This document shows, one piece after another, positions 37,079-45,520 of a stretch of DNA of 57,072 nucleotides. This DNA comes from a virus (Duplodnaviria > Caudoviricetes). How positions within the stretch are numbered: the first letter of the stretch is position 1; every line of letters starts with the position of its first letter. The stretch covers positions 1-57,072 of the IMG/VR virus record IMGVR_UViG_3300020401_000021, one strand, 5' to 3'. The notes under the pieces are model-generated. The model had not been told where the DNA came from, ran no database searches, and worked only from the letters and a program-made list of their open reading frames with translations. Both the position numbers and the translations under genes were made by a program.

Positions 37079-37256
37079 GTTCAATCTCCACGCTCTTGCG
37101 AAAATCTTGCTCGCGTTTAGCGGCAATCTTTTCTTTTAATTTTGAATTACCTCTGGCAATGCCCATCATATATATAGAGAACACTCCAATTAAAAATGTA
37201 GCAGCGGCCACAGCATATACTTGTAGTTTAGAAGTCCAACCAAACAATTTAAACAT
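37002..37256 (-). CDS. i-spanin-like protein (Rz-like)
   Basis: N-terminal TM plus charged helix; in the lysis cassette. Confidence 0.65.
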   Translation of the reverse strand: MFKLFGWTSKLQVYAVAAATFLIGVFSIYMMGIARGNSKLKEKIAAKREQDFRKSVEIEREISDLDDTSLADRASEWVREDKSK

Positions 37257-37468
37257 TATGTACCTTTCGGAAGGTCAGGGGCTTTAACGCACTCCATTGA
37301 CACTTTATAGTATTCGTTAGTTTCCCATTTTATCCATGACGTATCACGAACAATATTCTCACACTGCGCTTGGGTCATAGGTATTTGATAAACATACTGA
37401 TTGCCAATGTACTCCCATGTTACACCGTTGTTGCCCCATAGGGAAATGACAATCAGATAAAGCATCAA
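37256..37468 (-). CDS. Small secreted/membrane protein
   Basis: 70 aa; hydrophobic N-terminus; two Cys. Confidence 0.6.
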   Translation of the reverse strand: MMLYLIVISLWGNNGVTWEYIGNQYVYQIPMTQAQCENIVRDTSWIKWETNEYYKVSMECVKAPDLPKGT

Positions 37469-38139
37469 TGCCAGCCTTCAGTCCATGCTTTGATGCGTTC
37501 TCTCATAATATATATACAAAGCAATATCGACACGCCAACAAAGCCAAGTATTATGTATTGTGCGAATTGATCCATGCCCGACATTGCCGTTGCTGCCGTA
37601 CCAACGGAGGCGGCGGCGGTGGCTGCGGAGGCTTTCACTGTTTTCGATTGGGTTGGCTTGGTTCGCTCTGGTTTCTTTGCCGTTGCTTCACTCAACGACA
37701 TGCCTGATAGCCACTTCTGTACTCGAAACCCAGGACAAGCTTTAGTTGATATGCGGTTGTGTCCTATAACGTTAGCGTTGGGTACGTTATAGTTCTGCTG
37801 TAGGTTTTTGATTAAATCATACATCGCTGCTAGTTGTACTGGCGTGAAGTGATCTGACGCTAAGTCGTCTGCATCAGAACCAAATCCCCCTACAAGTGCT
37901 ACCCCAATTGACGATTTATTATGACCCTTGGCGTGAGCGCCAACCTTTGATATTGGTCTTGCTTCAGCTACTTGTCCATTCCTACCGACAACATAGTGAT
38001 ATCCGATGGATGACCAGTTTCTTGGCGGTGTAGTATGCCATTTTTCAATTTCTTTAACTTGCTCGTTGATGCTGTTTTTCTCCATCCACTCTGGGCGAGT
38101 AGCGGTGCAGTGAACTATTATTGTGTCTATCATTCTCAT
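37465..38139 (-). CDS. Endolysin, N-acetylmuramoyl-L-alanine amidase (Amidase_2) with C-terminal TM tail
   Basis: IIVHCTAT, IGYHY, GAHAKGHN, GH...KACPGF. Confidence 0.9.
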   Translation of the reverse strand: MRMIDTIIVHCTATRPEWMEKNSINEQVKEIEKWHTTPPRNWSSIGYHYVVGRNGQVAEARPISKVGAHAKGHNKSSIGVALVGGFGSDADDLASDHFTPVQLAAMYDLIKNLQQNYNVPNANVIGHNRISTKACPGFRVQKWLSGMSLSEATAKKPERTKPTQSKTVKASAATAAASVGTAATAMSGMDQFAQYIILGFVGVSILLCIYIMRERIKAWTEGWH

Positions 38140-38528
38140 AACTTGAAAGCCTCTTTGATGGTTTGCGTCTGAGCATGCTCAGTAAACATATTAGGTTTGA
38201 TTTTAAGAGTTCTTCCGATTTTGTCGTCCCTTCTAAATGCAAGGCAAAGTTTTTTATCAAGTGCAACTAATATGTAAACGCCATCGTAGATGTTTCGGTT
38301 TGCTCCAAACTGAAAAGAATATCGGGCTGGCCTAGCTTTAACGCCATGTACCATTGCTTTTGAACAAGCCTTAACCTGTACCCTAACCAAGTCACCGTTA
38401 GGAGTACGACACCATAGATCATCGTGTGGTAAGTCAACGTGAGTAGTGCGTATTCCGAAACGTTCTAATATAAAAGCAGCGAAAAATTCACCAGCGCGAC
38501 CAATAAAAATTTGGTCTGTTCTTTTCAT
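38136..38528 (-). CDS. PD-(D/E)xK endonuclease
   Basis: GRAGE...DDLW...VQVK. Confidence 0.7.
   Translation of the reverse strand: MKRTDQIFIGRAGEFFAAFILERFGIRTTHVDLPHDDLWCRTPNGDLVRVQVKACSKAMVHGVKARPARYSFQFGANRNIYDGVYILVALDKKLCLAFRRDDKIGRTLKIKPNMFTEHAQTQTIKEAFKL
38223..38231 (-). promoter_or_regulatory. AGGGACGAC late promoter-like motif
   Basis: ~84 nt upstream of the endolysin start. Confidence 0.5.
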
Positions 38529-38529
38529 T

Positions 38530-38754
38530 TTACTTACGCAAATACTGTTCCAAGTTATCCAGCTTAGCGTAAATGCCCTTTACGGTTTCTCGCATTTCTT
38601 TGATCTCCCTGTCGTTGGCGGTTTGATAATGCTGTAACTGCGCCTTTAGCACAGCAATATCGGTAGTATTTTTTTGTTGGCGCATATAAATAAACCAGAC
38701 GAACGCTGCGACGGGAGCGATTATCCATCGCATAATTTCGTTTATGTATTCCAT
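38530..38754 (-). CDS. Holin-like TM plus coiled-coil protein
   Basis: WIIAPVAAFVWFIY; lysis cassette. Confidence 0.5.
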   Translation of the reverse strand: MEYINEIMRWIIAPVAAFVWFIYMRQQKNTTDIAVLKAQLQHYQTANDREIKEMRETVKGIYAKLDNLEQYLRK

Positions 38755-38755
38755 A

Positions 38756-39223
38756 TTACCAGCGTCCCATGTATCGGCCTAAGAACCAAAAGCCAGCAGC
38801 GACAACGACACACGCAATTCCTATCCCTACCGTTAGCTGTATTGCTTCAATTATTTCTGCTCTTCTTTGTTCGGCTGCTTTTCGTGCGGCTTGACGTTGT
38901 TTACGTGCGTCGATTTCCCACTGCTTGAAGCGTTCGGCAGTTCCAGCACGGCAGTAGAGCCGCATATAACTGATAAGCTCCTCGCGCTGTTCCTTCATTC
39001 TTTCCATCGCTTGAAATTCTTGCCACTGTTCTTCGGTGCTACCAGTTAACGATAGTATTGGATTAGCTTTCTTTTTTCGCACCGCTTCCTTGGCGTCTTC
39101 TTCTGCGCCAATGAACTTTCCAACAGCCGCTATAACCCCTGCTCCCTCACGGCCGTTGGCGCAAGCTTGTTTTATTACGGAATACGCAGCGTTCGCTGCT
39201 GCGATGCTTTCGAGAATGGCGAT
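38756..39223 (-). CDS. Membrane protein of the lysis region, probable ATC start
   Basis: Frame open from 39235; GAGGG lies 7 nt before ATC at 39223; C-terminal TM segment. Confidence 0.6.
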   Translation of the reverse strand: MAILESIAAANAAYSVIKQACANGREGAGVIAAVGKFIGAEEDAKEAVRKKKANPILSLTGSTEEQWQEFQAMERMKEQREELISYMRLYCRAGTAERFKQWEIDARKQRQAARKAAEQRRAEIIEAIQLTVGIGIACVVVAAGFWFLGRYMGRW

Positions 39224-39305
39224 GGTTATACCCTCTTATAAAAAGTTGAGTGAGGGTGAACGTAAAATTAAATGTAACTCATGCTTATACCCAAAGGGAT
39301 AGCAT

Positions 39306-39315
39306 GTCGTCCTTA
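39306..39315 (-). promoter_or_regulatory. TAAGGACGAC variant of the late motif upstream of the lysis cassette
   Basis: One mismatch to consensus; intergenic. Confidence 0.5.
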
Positions 39316-39492
39316 TCAAAGTTCAATTTGAATACAAACAATTTTTGATTTGTCGTTTGTTACAAGAACTTTAGCGTCAGCTTTGGCCATCTCGCAAAGT
39401 TCTTTCTTTGTGTAGCTGCCAATGTGATAGTGTTCAAATTCACCACCGCTAGCTGCGCTCATTGTTAACTGCATCCAAAGCAAAACCCACAT
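39316..39492 (-). CDS. 58-aa secreted-type protein
   Basis: MWVLLWMQL...ELCE...IVCIQIEL; not in track. Confidence 0.6.
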   Translation of the reverse strand: MWVLLWMQLTMSAASGGEFEHYHIGSYTKKELCEMAKADAKVLVTNDKSKIVCIQIEL

Positions 39493-39563
39493 TACCTACC
39501 GTCCTTCCAAACTGTCCAAAGTAAAAGTAAAACAAGTCCGACTATCAGTATATCAACTAACAT
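39492..39563 (-). CDS. 23-aa single-TM peptide
   Basis: MLVDILIVGLVLLLLWTVWKDGR; TAATG coupling at both ends. Confidence 0.5.
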   Translation of the reverse strand: MLVDILIVGLVLLLLWTVWKDGR

Positions 39564-40003
39564 TAACGCAACCTGTCCTCTGGCTCGAAAGCGTCTGCCA
39601 TTGCCTGATCCCCTTCCAAGGGGATCATTCGGTAACCTTCGCTTTTTAACCAAGCTGTATATAATTTGTTGAAGTCGTCTAAGCGTAGGAACACAACGCT
39701 ATCGCCTGTCGTTTCTCTTGACTTGCGAGTAATAACAACAGGGATATCTGTCGTCTTTGTTGTGTTAGCGTTAGTCTCAGCTTGCTTCAAAGCGTCACGC
39801 CAAGCTAGTTTCTCTACACGTTTTGCTTCAACGAACAACCCAGAAGTACCAGTAAGATCTGCACCGCCACTGCCAAACCCAATAAAGCCGCCGCCTGATA
39901 AGGGCGCACGGCTGCATTGCTTGGCGTTGTAAACTTTTTCGTTTAAGTATGTGGCAAGCTCTCGTTCGTAAGCATCGCCTTTTTGTTTTTGTCTGTTAGC
40001 CAT
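39563..40003 (-). CDS. Holliday junction resolvase (Hjc-like PD-(D/E)xK)
   Basis: KG..YERE...RAPLSG...AD....VEAKR. Confidence 0.8.
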   Translation of the reverse strand: MANRQKQKGDAYERELATYLNEKVYNAKQCSRAPLSGGGFIGFGSGGADLTGTSGLFVEAKRVEKLAWRDALKQAETNANTTKTTDIPVVITRKSRETTGDSVVFLRLDDFNKLYTAWLKSEGYRMIPLEGDQAMADAFEPEDRLR

Positions 40004-40391
40004 TTTGAAACTTACCGTTTGATGGTGCTAGTGAAATTTTTATTTGGTGACTTACTAAGTTGCCGTTGGCGTAGTTAGTTTGGACAATGTTTTCATCTTC
40101 AAAAATGCCAATGTCTTCGCCTGTCTTGCAGCCGTCACAGATGTATTGATTGATTGGTCGTTTCTTTGTGCTTCGACATTTCAAACATGGACGTTTCCAC
40201 GTTTTAGGTCGTTGCCTATGGTGATACTTTGCACCATTAAATTCTTGTAATTCTAACCGAACAAGCATCCTTTTTAGTGTGTCTACACAAACGCCTATAT
40301 GCCTAGACATCGTAGCGTAGCTTAATCTCAAATGGTTATCCTCTAAATACTTTTTTTGCTCGGCCGTTAATTGGATCGAATGTCCCATCAC
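39996..40391 (-). CDS. HTH plus Zn-ribbon transcription regulator (GcrA-like N-terminus)
   Basis: LSYATMSRHIGVCVDTL helix-turn-helix; CLKC...CDGC. Confidence 0.55.
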   Translation of the reverse strand: MMGHSIQLTAEQKKYLEDNHLRLSYATMSRHIGVCVDTLKRMLVRLELQEFNGAKYHHRQRPKTWKRPCLKCRSTKKRPINQYICDGCKTGEDIGIFEDENIVQTNYANGNLVSHQIKISLAPSNGKFQNG

Positions 40392-40494
40392 TGCCTCAAT
40401 TATTATTTACTGTGGCATAATGGTAACATTAGTTAGTAAAGTTAGTCAAATAGATAACTTATGAAGCAAACACAGTTGACAAAATTGAAAAGTT

Positions 40495-40585
40495 TGGTAC
40501 GCTCTGGCGAACGAAGCAAGCGAAGAAGAGCATTACGCTTCGCGTTGCTCTTCTGGCAGCGTAGATGAGAGAGTAGAGCGTACCA
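40495..40585. repeat. Nested inverted repeats (candidate origin or structured RNA)
   Basis: 11-bp IR 40495-40505/40575-40585 enclosing 9-bp IR 40524-40532/40546-40554 and ACGC-TTC-GCGT. Confidence 0.75.
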
Positions 40586-40640
40586 CTTTCTCAACGCTAT
40601 ATCAAAAAGTTGTATAAAAGTTTCCAAAAGATACTAGATA

Positions 40641-40669
40641 TTGACATTTATTCACAAATGAATACAAAT
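40641..40669 (+). promoter_or_regulatory. Sigma70-like promoter
   Basis: TTGACA-N16-TACAAAT upstream of the sRNA candidate. Confidence 0.5.
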
Positions 40670-40672
40670 GGA

Positions 40673-40764
40673 GTTGCAAAGACGTCCTCCATAGTTTTTG
40701 CGTCCTCCCTTTCTCAACGGGGCGTTCGGGTTAGGCTAAGACTGCAATGAACGCCCCATTTTTT
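40673..40764 (+). ncRNA. Candidate ~90-nt small RNA with two anti-Shine-Dalgarno motifs
   Basis: Stem GCAAAGAC/GTTTTTGC with loop GTCCTCCATA; then GTCCTCCCT; then GGGGCGTTC/GAACGCCCC stem and T-run. Confidence 0.55.
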
Positions 40765-42685
40765 ATGCCTGTAAGTTAGTAACTTTAGTTGCTACGTTGG
40801 TTTGCCTTAGATCTCTAGTCCATTCTCGTACAACTTCTATTGGTCTGTCCACTTCTCTACTGATTTCAATATCATCTTTAGCTGATCGAAGTTGCCCATC
40901 GTGTCCTTCATGCGGCTGAGCTAGGTAACGTGCAAGTTTCTTAACACCCATCTTACCAAACACACGGCTCGTTACAGTTGCTGGATTACTAGCAAAGCCA
41001 ACGTAGTGATGTGTTTGGTGAGCGTCACTCCAATCACGAACCTTACCGTAACGTGCTTCGATTATAACATCACACCTTTCACCACCCTTCAGCCCAGCTT
41101 CATACATATTCCATATAGAATGTGGCAGTTCGTTATCATCAATACCACCACGCATTTCAGCAGTGTCAGGATCACGAAAGACCTGTGTAATTTTAATCTG
41201 TGTTTCAAGTACAGTAAGTTGGTTTGATGAACCAGCGAATGACCCAAACTTTTTACTCTCGCTTGGCTTGTTACTATGGTGTACCAGTATAACGGTAATA
41301 CCAGCGTTTCTTAAATCCAACGCCATCTGATTAATCCTACCCCATTCTGATGCAGAGTTTTCTTCTAACCCAACCCATGCGGATCGAACGGTATCAACGC
41401 AAACAATGTCAGGGTCAGTTGTTTTAATCCACTCAGTCAGTAGAAACAAACCCTTATCACTTTTTAAATTCATCTGTTCTTCATTATCAAACGGAGCGTA
41501 AACCATAAAGTTATCACCAGCGTCACCAACGCTACGCTTGGATCGGTCAAGAAAGTTTGTGATATTAGATCGACTGTTTTCTAAATCTAAATACAACACC
41601 CTTGCTTTCTCACCAATCTCCCAAGGCCCAAATTCTTTTGCACCAGCAGCAACATGATACAAAGCATTGCGGATAAACATAGACTTACCATGCCCAGAAT
41701 AACCGTGTACCTGTATGACAGTTCCATCTAACGGTAACCACGGATCAATACAGTACTTTCTTGTACCTATCTGCGCTTCTAATCGTTCAATGTCAGCAGT
41801 TGTAATCGGACTGATTGTTGGCTTTGGCTTGTCAAGAACAACCTTTTTATAATCTGGATTTTTTCTTTCTTCTTCACGCTCAACACGCTGTATCATCTGA
41901 TCTATTTTTGTATCATCCAATCGCTCAACAAAAAACTTATCCATGAAATCATGTATGTTAGCGTAAAGCGCATCGCCGTGTAGACCTTGCCCAGCAGCCA
42001 TGCCCAGCGCTGTATATACACGGTGATCCCTAGCGTTGCCGTCACCAGTTTGTAGCTTGCCAATCCTATCTACTAAAAGCTTGGTGCTTTCCCATATATT
42101 AAGCTCAACTTTTAGCTGCGTTAAATCAACACCTTTAAACTGAAACTCTTTAATGTTTACAATATTACTACTGCCCAAATCCAACGAGTGACCATATGGA
42201 TATTCTGGCAATTCGTCAAAGTCACAACCTTTATGCCAAGTATAATTTGGCGTTGGTGGACAAACGATAACGCCACGGTCAGCGCGTAAATCTAAACCAG
42301 CAACCGCTGGCCAATCAATACCACTGCCGTCTGCCTTTCCTACTCTGCTTCCTATAACTCCCCTACCCTTTGGGTATGCGAAGTAAAAGTGCTTACCTTT
42401 TCTACTGGTAACACTAATAGGTGTCCTTGTAAGACCAAGCTTTTCCGCTTCTTCAATCGCTTTTTCGTTGTCACAATCGACAACAATTATTCCAGAGTGT
42501 TCGCCTGTTATAATACAAACGTTATCCTGTGTATCTGTAAACCAAGCATCTACCTGTGCTTCGGTTGGTAGTTTAGTTTGGTACTGTGTCCAACTAACGC
42601 TAGGATGTTTCTTCTTTGGATGTATAGGTACAACACAAAGACCCTGCTCCAATAGTTCAAGCGCTGCTTCTCTTTTCTCTAGCAC
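40763..42685 (-). CDS. Bifunctional primase/polymerase N-terminal domain fused to RecA-like (AAA_25) helicase
   Basis: K.P...W, GIIVVDCD, G.HFYF, LDLRA; GYSGHGKS, YLDLEN, VDT, LVHH. Confidence 0.9.
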   Translation of the reverse strand: MLEKREAALELLEQGLCVVPIHPKKKHPSVSWTQYQTKLPTEAQVDAWFTDTQDNVCIITGEHSGIIVVDCDNEKAIEEAEKLGLTRTPISVTSRKGKHFYFAYPKGRGVIGSRVGKADGSGIDWPAVAGLDLRADRGVIVCPPTPNYTWHKGCDFDELPEYPYGHSLDLGSSNIVNIKEFQFKGVDLTQLKVELNIWESTKLLVDRIGKLQTGDGNARDHRVYTALGMAAGQGLHGDALYANIHDFMDKFFVERLDDTKIDQMIQRVEREEERKNPDYKKVVLDKPKPTISPITTADIERLEAQIGTRKYCIDPWLPLDGTVIQVHGYSGHGKSMFIRNALYHVAAGAKEFGPWEIGEKARVLYLDLENSRSNITNFLDRSKRSVGDAGDNFMVYAPFDNEEQMNLKSDKGLFLLTEWIKTTDPDIVCVDTVRSAWVGLEENSASEWGRINQMALDLRNAGITVILVHHSNKPSESKKFGSFAGSSNQLTVLETQIKITQVFRDPDTAEMRGGIDDNELPHSIWNMYEAGLKGGERCDVIIEARYGKVRDWSDAHQTHHYVGFASNPATVTSRVFGKMGVKKLARYLAQPHEGHDGQLRSAKDDIEISREVDRPIEVVREWTRDLRQTNVATKVTNLQA

Positions 42686-42878
42686 GTCGTTCCCCTTCTG
42701 TTATATACTCATCTAAATCGAGCGCTGGATGCGCTTCTTTTATCTTCGCTAGATAAGTCGATGAAATGTAATCCCGATCCATCCACTGGTATGGAATAGT
42801 TCTGGTTATCCCTAGCTTCTGCGCCACACTAGACGCACCGCCGAGGTCACTTACAAGCCGTCGTATGTCGAACTTCAT
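42657..42878 (-). CDS. Cro-like HTH regulator
   Basis: LGGASSVAQKLGITRTIPYQW; AGGAG RBS before 42878. Confidence 0.75.
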   Translation of the reverse strand: MKFDIRRLVSDLGGASSVAQKLGITRTIPYQWMDRDYISSTYLAKIKEAHPALDLDEYITEGERRAREKRSSA

Positions 42879-42898
42879 AAGCCTCTCCTTTTTTTTAA

Positions 42899-42940
42899 TT
42901 GACAAGGTGTATTAGATACATTAAAACACAAGTTAGTCAA
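42899..42940. promoter_or_regulatory. Overlapping divergent promoters with palindromic operator
   Basis: + strand TTGACA at 42899, - strand TTGACT at 42940; TGTAT-TAG-ATACA at 42908-42920. Confidence 0.6.
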
Positions 42941-42971
42941 CTTAAAAAATAAAATTGAAAGAGAGGACAAA

Positions 42972-43754
42972 TTGAAAATCCAAAGGTTTAAGACCAACGA
43001 CATGTCTGTCGCTGGTGTGACCAATACCTTAGTCGTAGGAGAATGGGGTACTGGTAAGACGACACAAGCACTTAATTATCAGAACACTTTTGGTAAGGGT
43101 TTGATATTAAGTGGTGAAAGTGGACTGCAATCACTTATGAAAAGCGATATAGATTACATTCCTTTTGACGGTTTTGCAAAAGGGGATAGCCCATTTCGTG
43201 ATATATGTAAGTGGATAGATGGCAGTGATGAATATAAAAAAGAGAACTACCAATGGATTATGGTAGACAGTATGACTGAGTTGTCTCAGTTGTGCATAAG
43301 AGAAGAGCAACAGCATTTTGAAGCTGAGAGCGGAAACCCACAGGACATGAGGGCTTGGGGGCAATACAATAGAAAGATGCTAGCGGCAGCTAAGATGTTG
43401 CGCGATCTTCCAATCCATACTTGTTTAACGTCGCTTCAAAAAAGCGACAAAGACGACAACGGTGTAACTCGTTACATACCGTTGGTAGAAGGAAGTACAA
43501 TCAGAGAGAACCTTCCTGGTTTGTACGACAATGTATTCTTTCTTGTTCGCAAAGATGTGCAGCAAGGCGAGAAGACTAGCGTTAAGTGGTACACTGTTAC
43601 AGGTAAGTACGGTGGTTACGCTGGTAAAAGTCGTGATGCTTTTCGACGCTTATCTCCTGTTGAGGAAGAGCATGACATTACGAAAATCTTAATGAAGCTT
43701 ACAATGAGTGAAGCTGACTACAAATCTAAAATGAAGAAAGGGGCAAGCCAATGA
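42972..43754 (+). CDS. Sak4-like AAA_24 recombinase
   Basis: GEWGTGKT, E.G, VDSMTE; precedes SSB-like gene. Confidence 0.85.
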   Translation: MKIQRFKTNDMSVAGVTNTLVVGEWGTGKTTQALNYQNTFGKGLILSGESGLQSLMKSDIDYIPFDGFAKGDSPFRDICKWIDGSDEYKKENYQWIMVDSMTELSQLCIREEQQHFEAESGNPQDMRAWGQYNRKMLAAAKMLRDLPIHTCLTSLQKSDKDDNGVTRYIPLVEGSTIRENLPGLYDNVFFLVRKDVQQGEKTSVKWYTVTGKYGGYAGKSRDAFRRLSPVEEEHDITKILMKLTMSEADYKSKMKKGASQ

Positions 43755-44212
43755 GTTTTCAAGGCTTTAGTAACGTTGACCTAAGTTCAATCGCAATTGA
43801 CGACGGGCCAATGAGAGAGACGTTGCAGACAGGACGTCACGAAGTAACCATCACAGAAGCTACTATTGACGATGGTAAAGAAGGTAAGAAGGATTTAGTT
43901 CTTTCTTATAATAACGACAATGGTTCTATTCGCCAATGGCTTACTATTTATGATCCAAAGATGGTAAAGAATGATAAGGGTGAAGAACAGCAGCCTGAGT
44001 ATGTCAATATTAATTGGATACAAATTAAAAAGCTGTTGAAGTTTATCGGACATGAAGCTGATGAAACACCTGATCCATCTTACTTTGTAGGAAAAAAAGT
44101 TGGTATTAACATCAAGCAATCTGAATGGAATGGAAAGAAACAATTGCGCGTCAATTATCATTGGATGCCAGAGGCTTCTTCAGATGGGTTAGACGATAAA
44201 ATTCCATTCTAA
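43751..44212 (+). CDS. Single-stranded DNA-binding protein (DUF669-like)
   Basis: G.H.V.I..A start; acidic DDKIPF C-terminus. Confidence 0.8.
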   Translation: MSFQGFSNVDLSSIAIDDGPMRETLQTGRHEVTITEATIDDGKEGKKDLVLSYNNDNGSIRQWLTIYDPKMVKNDKGEEQQPEYVNINWIQIKKLLKFIGHEADETPDPSYFVGKKVGINIKQSEWNGKKQLRVNYHWMPEASSDGLDDKIPF

Positions 44213-45057
44213 TGACTGTCGATTGGGATAAAGTTGCGAGTGATGTGGTCGCAGCAATTGATGAAGGCTTCGCCTCTGAAAAGAGGGGCGAGGCCCGATC
44301 TTATATTGGGGCGTCGATGGCTGGCACTGAATGTATTGCTCAGCTAGCGTTAAGTCTTCGAGGTTTTCCTGACGATGAACCTGATCCTAGATTGAAAAGA
44401 ATATTTAGGGATGGACACCGTATAGAAAATGAGGTGGTTAAAGATTTAAAACAACGTGCCGATCTATTGGTTCACGAAAAAGATGCTTGGTCTGGCAAGC
44501 AACATAGACGTGAATGGTTAAATGGGCATGTGGTATGTAACGCTGACGGCATGGTTACATTTGAAGACGACGACATACCCGAAGAAGACAGGACAGCTAT
44601 ATTAGAAATAAAGTCTATGAAGAATACACTTTACAATGCTTTTAAAAAGCATGGCGTAAAGAAATCACACCCAAAATATTACAGCCAATGTCAAATGATG
44701 ATGGCAATGTTTGAGATACCAAGAACTTTTTTTATTGCTTATTGTAAAAATTCTAGTGAATACCACGCACAAATTATTTCGTTCGATCAGGAAGAATGGG
44801 ACTTGATGTATGTTCGCATACAAACTGCACTGTCGGGTGGTCGCACTCGCATATCTGGTAAGAGGGACGACTTTCGTTGCCGCTTCTGCTTTAAAAATAG
44901 TAGTTGTTGGGACATCCCCGACGTTAAACCAGAGTGTCGCTTCTGCGAACATTCATTTGCTAATGAGGATGGGGGCTTTACTTGTCGCCTTGACTACAAA
45001 GAAGCTGGTGAAGTTTGCGAAAGTTATACTCTATTTAGACCAGAGGCCAAGGCATGA
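44212..45057 (+). CDS. Cas4-like PD-(D/E)xK exonuclease
   Basis: RSYIGAS..G..C, ADG, LEIKS, Y.Q.Q, CRFC....C. Confidence 0.85.
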   Translation: MTVDWDKVASDVVAAIDEGFASEKRGEARSYIGASMAGTECIAQLALSLRGFPDDEPDPRLKRIFRDGHRIENEVVKDLKQRADLLVHEKDAWSGKQHRREWLNGHVVCNADGMVTFEDDDIPEEDRTAILEIKSMKNTLYNAFKKHGVKKSHPKYYSQCQMMMAMFEIPRTFFIAYCKNSSEYHAQIISFDQEEWDLMYVRIQTALSGGRTRISGKRDDFRCRFCFKNSSCWDIPDVKPECRFCEHSFANEDGGFTCRLDYKEAGEVCESYTLFRPEAKA

Positions 45058-45308
45058 GCGATGAAGATAAGGCTGATTATTATAGCGACCTGACTGACGT
45101 TCAGAAAAAGATTTTAGAAAAAGAATTGGAAGTCGAAAGCATAGCAGATCGCGTCACAATACTTACTAAAACAGAATGGGGCAGCGACAACTTACACAAA
45201 GCTAACGTCAAGCACCGCTTTGAAAAGTCTCGGTTAGTTGAGTTGCGATGCAAAGAAGTTGAAATTAAAAATAAGATAGCACTCAGCAAATGGACAAAGA
45301 AGACATAA
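45054..45308 (+). CDS. Coiled-coil hypothetical protein
   Basis: 84 aa; ATGA coupling. Confidence 0.65.
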   Translation: MSDEDKADYYSDLTDVQKKILEKELEVESIADRVTILTKTEWGSDNLHKANVKHRFEKSRLVELRCKEVEIKNKIALSKWTKKT

Positions 45309-45520
45309 TTAATAACCCTTCGCATTATACTCAAGGCAAGGTTGAATGTACGGAAGCTATACGCTCGGCAGTAGGAGACGAAGGTTACGAAGCATTTTTG
45401 CGTGGTAACATTATCAAATACATATGGCGCTACCCTCACAAGAATGGACTTGAGGATTTAAAGAAAGCGCAAACATACATAAATATGCTGATTGATCTAA
45501 AGTCTAATAATCAATCTTAG
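45290..45520 (+). CDS. DUF3310 family (T7 gp1.7-like nucleotide kinase domain)
   Basis: INNPSHY..G.VEC..GNIIKY.WR..K...EDLKKA. Confidence 0.9.
   Translation: MDKEDIINNPSHYTQGKVECTEAIRSAVGDEGYEAFLRGNIIKYIWRYPHKNGLEDLKKAQTYINMLIDLKSNNQS

Noticed and set aside
40442-40627. 61-aa ORF in the palindromic gap
   Set aside because: TTG start, no clear RBS, sequence better explained by inverted repeats
40719-40758. tRNA (GGGGCG...CGCCCCA looks like an acceptor stem)
   Set aside because: Only 40 nt with no D, anticodon or T arms; treated as a terminator-type stem
44212-45057. CRISPR-Cas system
   Set aside because: Solo Cas4-like nuclease in a Sak4/SSB module; no repeat-spacer array or other cas genes seen
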